Below are positions 45,501 to 64,000 of a stretch of DNA of 64,000 nt, in pieces (position 1 is the first letter of the stretch; every line of letters starts with the position of its first letter). The DNA is taken from NCBI RefSeq assembly GCF_032191835.1, contig NC_083234.1, positions 56,730,001 to 56,794,000 on the forward strand. The letters run 5' to 3'. Position numbers and translations under genes: made by a program. Origin of the DNA: Heteronotia binoei (Eukaryota). The notes under the pieces were generated by a model. That model had not been told where the DNA came from, did no database searches, and saw only the letters and a program-made list of their open reading frames with translations.

Positions 45501-45948
45501 TGCCAGAAGAACTTATCCCGTTGAATTGCTGCCTGACACATAGTTGATAAATACGAAGTCTGTCAGATTTTCTTTTTTGAAATTGTTTAAAAGAAGTTCC
45601 GGAGAAGGGGGGGGGGGCGGCAAGGCGACGCTTATTTATACCCTCCCACAGAACATACACTAGCGCCGCGCCACCACCGCGAGAAGGGACGCAGCAGCCC
45701 GCCCAGTCCAGCCTCACCCGCCGCTCGACCGCCTCCTCCGCCAATGGGCGTACGCAGTGGCCGCGGCAGCCGCCCTGGCTGGGGCACTGCGCGCACACCA
45801 GCCGCCTTTCGGTGCTGCAAAACCAGTCCAGCTCCAGGGTGTGTTGCGGACATATTCCAGCCCTCTCGTGTCCTTCACCGTGGCCTTGGGCCGAGCCCAG
45901 CTGCTCCTTGCGATCACCTGCTCCGCTTGGTCCCGGTTCCTGAGCCAT
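36529..45948 (-). CDS. BSPRY: B-box and SPRY domain-containing protein; complement join(45718-45948,44427-44525,41417-41647,40039-40064,38341-38465,36529-37049), about 410 aa
   Basis: B-box CPQH...FC...VCAQC...H; coiled coil NKIVDQCETLQLQS...; 26-nt exon QAEEEIYER; MEEAEGILKPQESEKLNFN; SPRY ERFDHWPNALA...ALAVADQSISLMQ*. Total 1233 nt using the CAG acceptor at 37050-37052 (see findings). Confidence 0.95.
37168..37667. mobile_element. 500-bp Charlie-type hAT MITE in BSPRY intron 5
   Basis: Perfect 14-bp TIR CAGGGGTGTTGAAC; perfect TSD GTATAGAG (37160-37167, 37668-37675). Confidence 0.9.
38035..38200 (+). mobile_element. 5S-derived SINE3 head
   Basis: GGAAGCTAAGCAGGG...GTAGTTGGATGGGAGACC...GGAATACC. 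Confidence 0.7.
43161..43450. mobile_element. CAGGGGTGGCC-family hAT MITE in BSPRY intron 2
   Basis: TIRs; TSD GAATAGAG/GATTAGTG. Confidence 0.8.
43760..43985 (-). mobile_element. 5S-derived SINE3 copy
   Basis: Same structure as 13395-13614; further copies at 50950-51095(+), 56640-56850(-) and 57929-58121(-). Confidence 0.75.
44995..45396 (+). mobile_element. Squam3-like SINE interrupted by a Harbinger-type MITE
   Basis: GAGCCAGCATGGTGTAG head and TAAA tail; foldback insert at 45114-45277. Confidence 0.75.
45114..45277. mobile_element. PIF/Harbinger-like foldback MITE
   Basis: About 70-bp inverted arms GACCAATTTCACACTAGAC.../...GTCTAGTGCGAAACTGGTC; 3-bp TSD TGA/TCA. Confidence 0.75.
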
Positions 45949-46100
45949 GACTGAGGGACGACAAGAAGGAGCGGCCGAGGCACCTGCTGCTCAGGTGGGC
46001 GGAACGGACTGCACGGGGAGTCTCGGGAGCCGCCCTTCTTGCCTTGAACACGCCCAGCCGGTGTGGAAATCACCGCGCTGCCTCGCCCTGGAGCCTCTCG
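45600..46100 (-). promoter_or_regulatory. BSPRY: CpG island over BSPRY exon 1 and promoter
   Basis: High GC and CpG density around the ATG at 45948; E2-boxes at 45915, 45981 and 45992. Confidence 0.7.
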
Positions 46101-46751
46101 CAATGGCCCTAGCGTTTGCATGTTCACAGTTCTGCCGTCTGCATTCGTGGGCACGGGACTTCCATGGACAGGAGCAGTCTAGCCCTAAAGAACAAGGGGG
46201 CGTTTACCATTGTTTTGCACTTGCTTGGAAACTTTCCAGAGACACCTGGCCAGCATATTATGGAGACCAAATGGACATAACTGAATCAGACCAGAAATAA
46301 CTACCATCTTTTTGGTTCTGGCGCTGGGTCGATTTGGCATCAAGTCCAGCTCTGCAATCTATTTTGAATGCCAGTGTGTCTGAAAGGCAGGGGCATTTTG
46401 TAGAAAAAGAGGTGCCAGAGCTCATTAGCACGACTCATTTGCCACATGCCCCCTGACGTCACCGTAAGGTGTATCTACCTTAAAATGCTTCTTGAATTAT
46501 AATTGTCATAATAAAACCTTACTCCCATCATACTTTTTAAATTACTTTCTCCTGTATGGCCACAGTGGCATGAGGAAGATTTCCATCTGTCTGCTTAATA
46601 TGTTTGGGTTATTTTCCCTTTTTTTGTGGGGAGAAATATTAGAAAGTTTGTCAAATCTTAGATTTCAGCAAAATTCTCACAAGGGGTTTGAACAATGGAG
46701 CCCAGGAGTAGTATTTGAGGGGAAGGCGAGAAAGAAAGCACAATAAAATTT

Positions 46752-47032
46752 AAGAAGAAGAAGATACTGGGTTTATATCCTGCCCTCCACTCCAAAGAGT
46801 CTCAGAGCGGCTCACAATCTCCTTTACCTTCCTCCCCCACAACAGACTCCCTGTGAGGTGGGTGGGGCTGGAGAGGGTTCTCACAGCAGCTGCCCTTTCA
46901 AGGACAACCTCTGCCAGAGCTATGGCTGACCCAAGGCCATTCCAGCAGCTGCAAGTGGAGGAGTGGGGAATCAAACCCGGTTCTCCCAGATAAGAGTCCG
47001 CACACTTAACCACTACACCAAACTGCCTCTCC
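46752..47032 (-). mobile_element. Young full-length tRNA-derived SINE (Squam3-like, (CTT)n tail)
   Basis: Minus strand reads GGAGAGGCAGTTTGGTGTAGTGGTTAAGTGTGCGGACTC...GGGTTTGATTCCCC (A and B boxes); highly similar to 62845-63127. Confidence 0.88.
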
Positions 47033-47659
47033 ATTTAGAGTTCCGGAGCTCTGCTCCTGTGCGATTCTGCCCAAAATAAGGCATGCTGAAAGGTATGCAG
47101 AAAAATAGCCACAAAAAGGAGTTCTGAGCATGTGCAAAGTGTCTTCCTGAAACACTGGAATAAATGTTAATTTGAATGTTTGTATGCATGTATGTTCTAC
47201 ATGTGTCTATCCAGAATATCTGCTGCCATCACGATTCAAGGCTGAATTTATCATTTCCAGAAAAAGTGATGTTCTGCTGAAAATTAACAATTTTAAAAAC
47301 ATGCCACCCAGCAAAAGCCCAAATCCAGATCCTCAAACTTTGAGTGGTTTCCGCTTCTATTTTAGAATGCTGTTGTACATCAACAGGTTTTTTGATTAGC
47401 TTACCTGTAGTGAGGGAGAAGGGGAAGAAGATCCAGTTTATTATGACTAGGAAACTGGGAGATGATCATGCTGCAACTCAGAGCTCTCCTTTTGTTCCTG
47501 CATCTGTCTGAAACTCTGAAGGTCCAGCCAGGAAAATCTGTAATGGTGGCTCTGAGCATGTCCTCATTTTAGGTAAAAAGTCATTAAAGAGAGGCACTAG
47601 AGAAGATTATAAAACCAGGCATATCACGAAGAAAGTACTTGAATTCAGAGTAATCTGAT

Positions 47660-47732
47660 GAAATCTATCTATCATCGATCTATCCATCATCTGTCTATCC
47701 ATACATCATCCATCCATCTATCGATGTATATC
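47660..47732. repeat. Imperfect (ATCT/ATCC)n microsatellite
   Basis: atctatctatcatcgatctatccatcatctgtctatccatacatcatccatccatctatc. Confidence 0.75.
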
Positions 47733-47798
47733 CTGTCCTCCCTGCAAGCGGGCCCAGAGCAGATCATAGCAAATTGATGGGCAGTAGATTTAGAACAG

Positions 47799-47928
47799 CA
47801 TTACTGATGTAACTAACACGAATTTGAGCAGACTTTGGAGGATGGTAGAAGACAGGAGGGCCTGGCATGACTTTGTCCGTGGGGTCGCAAAGAGTCAGAC
47901 TCAACTGTGTGACTGAACAACAACAACA
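47799..47928 (+). mobile_element. RTE-BovB LINE 3' end inserted in a CR1 fragment
   Basis: GGGGTCGCAAAGAGTCAGAC...GACTGAACAACAACAAC tail; 13-bp TSD AGATTTAGAACAG/AGATTTAGGACAG. Confidence 0.8.
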
Positions 47929-48779
47929 AGATTTAGGACAGACAAAAGGAACCTCTTCTCACAGCACATAACTAACCTATGGAACTCACTGCCACAAGGT
48001 GCAATGATGTCTATGAGCATAGATATTTTTAAAAGGGACTACTAGACCAATTAATGGAGCAGGATAAGGCTACCAATAGGTATAGCGTCACTGGTACTAA
48101 CAAAAAGCCATTTATTATTGCATCAATTGTAAATCACCACTCTTGTACATTTTTTAGCTTTGCACCAAAATGTTATCAGTGGTTTCTCTTCCATTTAAGG
48201 CTTCTCTCAAAGTATTTTCTTCTTCTTTCCTTGTATCCATGCACTGACTGACATTTACAGTCCATGCATCTGATGAAGGGGCTCTAGCCCACTGAAGCTG
48301 ATGTCATAATAAATCGGCTGGTTTTTAAGGTATCCAAAGATTCCTTTTGGGTTTTACTGCAATGTTAGTCATGATGACTACTGAAGCCTTCATGTTCAGA
48401 GGCAATATATCTCTGCTGGGGGCAACAGCAGAGAAGGGGTCATAGCCACCCTCCTTAGAGTTCCTATGAAGTGACTGCAGTTTCATAAGGAATGCTGTAC
48501 TAGATATCCCTTTGGTGTGATGCAGCAGTGCTCTTTGATGGTCTTTATGCCAAATAACCACAGTGAGCAAGATCAAAAGTTCCAGGCATGAACTCCTGCC
48601 TCTCATACCTTTGGGGCTATGCAGCCTCCCCTCTCCAAAGTCCCTTACAAAATCACCCCAAGTAATTAGAGGGTTTGGAATTGCAAACTCTGTTCTGCAC
48701 CAAGGAGTGAGTCCTGGCACCTCTTGGTGTGAGAAGGGAAAACAAGCCTTGAGCTCAGTCAGGTAGTCCCTCCCTGACA

Positions 48780-48880
48780 GAAAAGTCTCCGCCCCTTGAC
48801 TGTTGGTTGCCAGGGACGGAGTGGCGGAACAAAGCTGGGAGGATGCAGAACACTGGAGAGATTAAATGGGAAGCAGGCAG
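48780..48880 (+). promoter_or_regulatory. WDR31: Candidate WDR31 promoter and first exon
   Basis: GC box CCGCCCC at 48789; RFX half-site GTTGCCAGGG at 48806; donor CAG|GTAAGG at 48880/48881. Linkage to WDR31 is inferred. Confidence 0.4.
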
Positions 48881-50117
48881 GTAAGGACAGGTGGGGGTAG
48901 GGAGAGAGAACAAGGCCCCCTTCATCCAGCCAGCCCTGGAGGAAGTCACAACAAACAGTCCCATCATTGTAGACCCCTGTGAAACAGATGCCAGAGGGTG
49001 TTCTTCTCTCATGCCCACTGTCTTGCCCAGGTTGGCAGATTTCCACATAGTGGTTTCCCCTAACTGGGAGAAGTGATCCCCCTCTTCCTTTCCAAACACA
49101 GAAAAGAGGCAACCTACATGATCAAGGCAGGGGGGGGGCACCCCTTTCCTATCATTAGGGACTTTTTCAGTTTAGAGAGACCAGCCAGAGATTTTCCTCC
49201 TTTAATAATATTCGATCTCGGTGAAAGGAGAGGCGTTGCTTGATACCCTATTGAGCATACACCAAAGAAGACACTTCAAACTTCAGTCAGTCTAGAACAG
49301 TTGAAAGAGGGTTAGACCAATTTATGTGGGATGGATCCATCAATACCTGTGAGCCAGGACAGCTGAAGCCAGGTGTAGAGTGTTTGGTGGGGCAAACAGG
49401 AGGGCTGCTGTCTTCATGCCCTGCTTTTGGGCTTCTTTTGGGGGGCTCTGTTCTGAATGCAGAGCTGGGCTAGATGGACTCATGCTCTGACCCAATAGGG
49501 TTCTTCTTTATGTTCTTAAAAAGTACATCTGCAAACTAGACGAAATTTATTTTTATTCATTAATTTTATTTATAAACCACCCTCCCCCAAAGGGCTCAGG
49601 GTAGTGTACAACAGGTTAACACATATAATAAATTAAATATCAATTAATCAATTCCAGAATAAAGCTATTGAAAGAACATTCTTTTAGGATGCTGGGTTCC
49701 ACAGATGACAGATACTGTCTGCTCCAATTTTAATGACAGCAAGAAAGATTAGAGATCTGCCTATACCTTCTTGCACTGAAATTAGGATCCCAAATGTCTC
49801 ATTATGTGCTTGGCGTGCTACCTGCTGGATCAAACAAAATATTCACCTTGCACACATCCAGCAGCAGCCAGCTAAGATGCTTTCCACAAGCAAGACATTA
49901 ATGCTCTCTTTGCCTCATTATATCTGGTATACAGGAATCCACTGCCTCTGAATATGGAGGTTCCACTTAGCTGTGATGGATAATAGACTGCCTTCCGTTT
50001 TTGCCAGATCAAAAGTATTTTAAAAAATTATTAAGTTGATAATTTATATTGATATTCTATTGCTGGGTGGAGGGAAAGCTAATGACGACCAAGTGGAGTA
50101 TGTATAATACAGGGTTT

Positions 50118-50313
50118 GTAATGGTTGACTCAGCCTTCCATCCTTCCAAGATCAGTAAAAAGAGTACCCAGCTTGCTGCGGGGATAGTGTAGATAACTGG
50201 GGAAGGCAATGGCAAACTATCCTGTAAAAAGTCTGCCGTGAAAGCATTCTGATGCGACATCACCCCAGAGTCAGAAATGACTAGTGCTTGCACAGGGGAC
50301 TACCTTTACCTTT
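50118..50313 (+). mobile_element. Sauria SINE 3' half
   Basis: GACTCAGCCTTCCATCCTTCC...GGCAATGGCAAAC...GCACAGGGGACTACCTTTACCTTT; an inverted fragment lies at 8200-8279. Confidence 0.8.
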
Positions 50314-52656
50314 AATGGCTAGACAACAGTTTATCTTTTCAGTCTCTTGGATGTATATAAGACGTAGCTGTTTTTCACTGCTTGTTTAATACAAAGGGGA
50401 AAAGATCAGAAGACTGCGGCTGCCAGTGCCTGTAGCAGCTGCTTCATCAGCCCATCTCTACATCCCTACAAGTGTTTTTTTCCAGTAGTATTTATTAATT
50501 TTCAACTAGGAACCAATAAGTTAATAATGTTTTCCCCCAGCCATTGTAGGAGCTTCAGACAGTAAAGTGTCAACAGATGAAAGCTACAACCATTAATCGA
50601 GTGAGAGCATTCCTAGCTAGGGAAGAATCTAATTTACTAGACTGACTGAGGAAGGAAACAGAACTCTCCTCAGAATCCTGAGAACCCTGGCTAGAAGTTT
50701 GATGGTTGCAGGTTCCAGAGTCATTGTTTGCTTCTTGTGTGGTGCCACAAACTATGCATTTGTCTGTGTATGATTCCAGTGGTATCAATGCAAGCCTGAA
50801 GTTTCTTTATGAATTGCACTTTTGGATCCTGGAAATGGCAATCTGAACAGGCAGGCAATGTGAAGATTCAAAGAACTGCAATGTAAGATGATCCCTAACT
50901 ATGTTGCCTTCAGAAAATTCACCTAGGTTCATTTGAATTCATACATGGTAAGCATCCCTGACTTCAATCTGCCCTGGTTAGTACATGGATGGGAGATCAC
51001 CAAGGAAGTCCAGAACTGCTACACAAAGGCAGGCAAACCACCTTTGCCTTGAAAACCTTATAGGGCTACCACAAGTCAGTGGTGACTACACAGGAAAAAA
51101 AATGATATACAGGAGGACAACTTTACCCCGATTTTCCCCAAGAAGGCCCTTCTGCCCTTCCCAAACCTTCCCCATTTTTAAATTGGTAGTTTTCCAGACC
51201 TGTTTGTCAGATGGAATGCAGAGTCAGTGTTACAAAAAAAGGTATGAAAATGGATCTGGGGTAATGGGTGGTGCACAAATATCTTTGGGGGGCATCTAAC
51301 AGCATGATCCAATACAGGTGTACCTGAGAGTACAACCCATTGAATACTGTGGGCATAGGATCATACTGTAGTGTAGGTTTTTGGATCCCAGCCATTTAAT
51401 ATTTTTTATGAAATAGGAGGGAAGAAAATAGAGAAATTAAATATCCTAACACCATGTTACAGTAAAGGAAAGATATTTAGGTAAATTAAGTTCAGAAAGA
51501 GATTAAAAGGTCAGTTTCAGGTAACACAACTTGGAATGCTTCAGACTGTGGATGGAGCTCTTTCTATCAGTTAGGAGGATCAAAGGAAGACTAAATTTGC
51601 AGGTGCCACTTCAAGGAATTGTCACTCTTTCTTCTACCATTGCTGTGTATATGTGAAGAAAAAAACAACAGGTCAGATTTAATTGCACTTCTGCATGTCT
51701 GAAGAACAGAAAAGCTATTCTAAATGCGCTTGTATAGAATTTCTGTGTTGACCGATGGCCAGGCAAGAAGATTGATTTATGATTGCATTTCAGTGCCTAT
51801 TTGACTGTGGTCCTAGAGTTTCCACTGTAGCTCAATTCTGCCTCAAGGCCAGTTTTGGAAAAAAAAAAATAACATTGGCAAACCCCAAACCATTGCAGAC
51901 AAGAAAAACATTTATCAAATATCTTCTGTCCTTTCTCTCCCCCCCTCCACACAAAAACCAACATGCAGAATTACTATACATTTCCTTAATGACAATGACA
52001 AAAACTGGAAACGTTCCAGAGCAATCCATCATCTTGAGTATGAAGCAGCATCTGACATTCCTTCTTGCACCTTCCCTTGTTTTGTCTATGCAAGCATGCA
52101 GAGCTAAACGTTACAAAATCTGTCTAGGGCACATCCCTTCATTCTTGTCACTTTATGAGCAGCACCACAAACTTGAGGTCCAAGGAGATCTAGGGCAAGA
52201 ACACCAGCTTTATCAATGGTGTTTGATCCATGATGGACCATTCACACATGCACGTTATGATTTAGTGGAATGGCCACAAAGGCATGAAACCTGAACAAGC
52301 CTCATTGAGCCTACATAATAACTGGAGGGAATATTAGAAATACAAGGGGTAGAATTTTAATTGTACATCTCTCTGAGCACTCTTGCCATTCATAAAATAT
52401 TAAAACTAAAATACTTTGAAATAATAAAGACTTGGCTGCCAGATGGTTCTGGAGTCAAGAAGGATGGAATGGAGGAACAGGGCAGAGGTAAGGATGGACA
52501 GAGAATACAAGAGAATTAACTAGCAGAATAAGCTCAGGATGAGCAGCTTGCTGTGATGTGAGCAAGTTAAGTCCCTTTTTAATTCCCTTCCTTGTCTTTC
52601 AGCCAGGGATTCTTGCCAGGCTAAGTGCTTTCCTTGCTGCTTACTCAAAGGATATC

Positions 52657-61955
<9,299 letters not shown>

Positions 61956-62565
61956 CCTGAAGAGACCAGTTAATGCAGCAAACTGTGGCATCATGGGAGA
62001 ATGGGCAGCGTATGGGTAGAAATCTTAATTTAGGACGTGTGGCAGTCTCATGAAGCGAAAGTGGCCATTAATAAGAAGTGTCATTTGTGTTGAGCTGTGT
62101 GCTGCGGTTAATGTGATGCGGGAGCTCATCTAGTGAAGGTGGTTGGACCTATAGCAACTAGGTAGAGGCAACAGAGATCCAAGTGCTCTTTCTGCTGGCT
62201 GAAGCACAGCAAGAATGTGGCTGGGGACAGAGCAGTGCCTTGTGATTCATTCACTTTCCACATTGCTTCTATCTGGACAGGTTTTTACATTAAATAGCAA
62301 GTGAATGGCATAGACCAGGTAGGGGTTACTGCCCTGTTTCTCTCCACCCAACATTATTTAATAGTCTATCACTATACCTCACTCTTTCAAGGAACATAAG
62401 ATGCTCTACCAGGAATGAGATGATCCCATTTCCCTCTCACCTCATGATAGTCCTGTGAGGTAGGTTAGACTGGCAATAGTCGCCCAATAAGCTTCAAGAT
62501 CTAAGTGGGCCCTTAGCTTGTTTCTTTAGGTTAGAGTGTCAGATTAAGAACAGATTCAGTTGGGA

Positions 62566-62801
62566 AGCCATGTTGGTCTGAAGCAACAGAACAAAGTTTG
62601 AGTCCAGGGGCACCTTTAAGACCAACAAAGTTTAATTCTGAGTATAAGCTTTTGTGTGCATACATAATTCTTCAGATACATTGAAGTAGATTTGTAATGG
62701 TTGGCGAAGTCTGTTTGAATGCATCTGAAGAAGTGTGCACACACTAGAAAGTTTATACCCAGAATTAAACTTTGTTGATTTCTAAAGGTGCTATTGGACT
62801 C
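62566..62801. mobile_element. Foldback PLE-derived element downstream of WDR31
   Basis: Inverted arms from 62600 and to 62801; CTGAAGAAG...GAAAG motif. Confidence 0.72.
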
Positions 62802-62844
62802 AAGCGTTGTTAGAACAGAAACAGGGAAGACACAGACTTAGATT

Positions 62845-63127
62845 CCCAGTTTGGTGTAGTGGTTAAGTGTGCGGACTCTTATCTGGGAGAACCGGGTTTG
62901 ATTCCCCACTCCTCCACTTGCACCTGCTAGCATGGCCTTGGGTCAGCTAGAGCTTTGGCAGAGGTTGTCCTTGAAAGGGCAGCTGCTGTGAGAGTCCTCT
63001 CAGCCCCACCCACCTCACAGGGTGTCTGTTGTGGGGGAGGAAGGTAAAGGAGATTGTGAGCCGCTCTGAGACTCTTCGGAGTGGAGGGCGGGATATAAAT
63101 CCAATATCTTCTCCTTCTCCTTCTCCT
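62845..63127 (+). mobile_element. Young full-length Squam3-like SINE
   Basis: tRNA-like A/B boxes, L2-like 3' end, (CCTTCT)n tail; near-identical to the inverted copy at 46752-47032. Confidence 0.88.
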
Positions 63128-63703
63128 CATTCGGCATGAAGCTCACTGGGTTAATCATTTAATCTTATTTACCTCACAAAATGAAGGAGGGAAAACCGCA
63201 GATGCTACCTTGAACTCCTCAGAGGATGTGGAGAAAAATCTAGCGAATTAAATTAAACCCAGGCATCTCCCATCTATTACATTTTTGTTCTTCAAGAATT
63301 TCAGGGCTGTGTAGGTGGAGTTATCCCATTTTATCCTTACACCTGGAAGTAGATTAACACAGGGACTACCAAGAAACCACTGACTGCCTGAATAGATGAG
63401 GAATCTGTACACTAAAAAAAACTTTGGCAGAGAATCTTAATTTTTGGAACTGGCAGATCTGCTTTTTTAAAACTAGCTTTACAGTGGCTAAGAATATCAA
63501 ATTAATATACGCAGCATTCTATATAAAAGATGGCACAGCCCCTGGGCAACCAGTCAAATAAGTAATTTTCAAGGCATTCACTTCCAAGTTTTTGTTATTA
63601 ACCCATCACCACACACAAGTTTCTCTTACAAATCAGCATGCTTATTTTCACACCTTAAGGCCTGATGTGATAGATCTGTTTTTCAGCATCAGTGTGTATC
63701 TTA

Positions 63704-63836
63704 GGCTACAATCACACACACCAAATAATACACTTTCAATGCACAACTGGATTTTACTGTGAACTGGCAAAATCCAGTTAGAAAGTGCACTGAAAGTGGA
63801 TTGAAAGTACATTATTTAATATGTGCGATTGCAGCC
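63704..63836. mobile_element. PIF/Harbinger-like foldback MITE
   Basis: GGCTACAATCACAC.../...GTGCGATTGCAGCC arms; perfect TTA TSD (63701-63703, 63837-63839). Confidence 0.8.
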
Positions 63837-64000
63837 TTACATTCCACAAAGTGTCTAAACACCCTGGTAATACACATCATTCCACAATGCTCTACACAGT
63901 TAGCCAAGAGGTAAGACTCAGGTCCCAAGTGCAGGCTTGCAGAATAAATTAGTGTCAGGTATTCAGGGTACTACAACAAGCTCTACAGATCATAGGAAGG

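Noticed and set aside
45714-46154. 146-aa ORF overlapping BSPRY exon 1 in another frame
   Set aside because: Starts at GTG in a GC-rich island where long open frames arise by chance; no recognisable domain.
51779-52294. 171-aa plus-strand ORF
   Set aside because: TTG start, runs through homopolymers, no recognisable homology or splice support.
63520-63555. TATATAAAAG and a GTTGCCCAGG half X-box as a possible RNF183 promoter
   Set aside because: RNF183 is expected next by synteny, but no coding sequence or other support is visible in the window.

Overview
Vertebrate genomic DNA from a squamate reptile, most likely a gecko. That call is an inference from the repeat content: Squam3-like SINEs with (CTT)n tails, 5S-derived and Sauria SINEs, and a BovB tail. 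The window holds five complete protein-coding genes in the order known from human 9q32: POLE3(+), ALAD(+), HDHD3(+), BSPRY(-), WDR31(+). I reconstructed all coding exons by hand from GT-AG sites and frame; the provided ORF track is mostly noise. Introns and spacers are packed with non-autonomous hAT and Harbinger MITEs (many with intact target-site duplications, some nested), L2/CR1/BovB 3' fragments and SINEs. Main leads: (1) foldback Penelope-like elements carrying minimal hammerhead-ribozyme motifs whose stems covary between copies; (2) a partial duplicate of BSPRY exon 5 with an intact acceptor, downstream of the last exon, which could give a SPRY-less isoform; (3) an ambiguous tandem acceptor at BSPRY exon 6; (4) a candidate WDR31 first exon that could mask an N-myristoylation motif; (5) an inverted MITE pair around a 75-nt WDR31 exon. 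No databases or tools were used; family names come from recalled consensus features and need RepeatMasker/BLAST confirmation.
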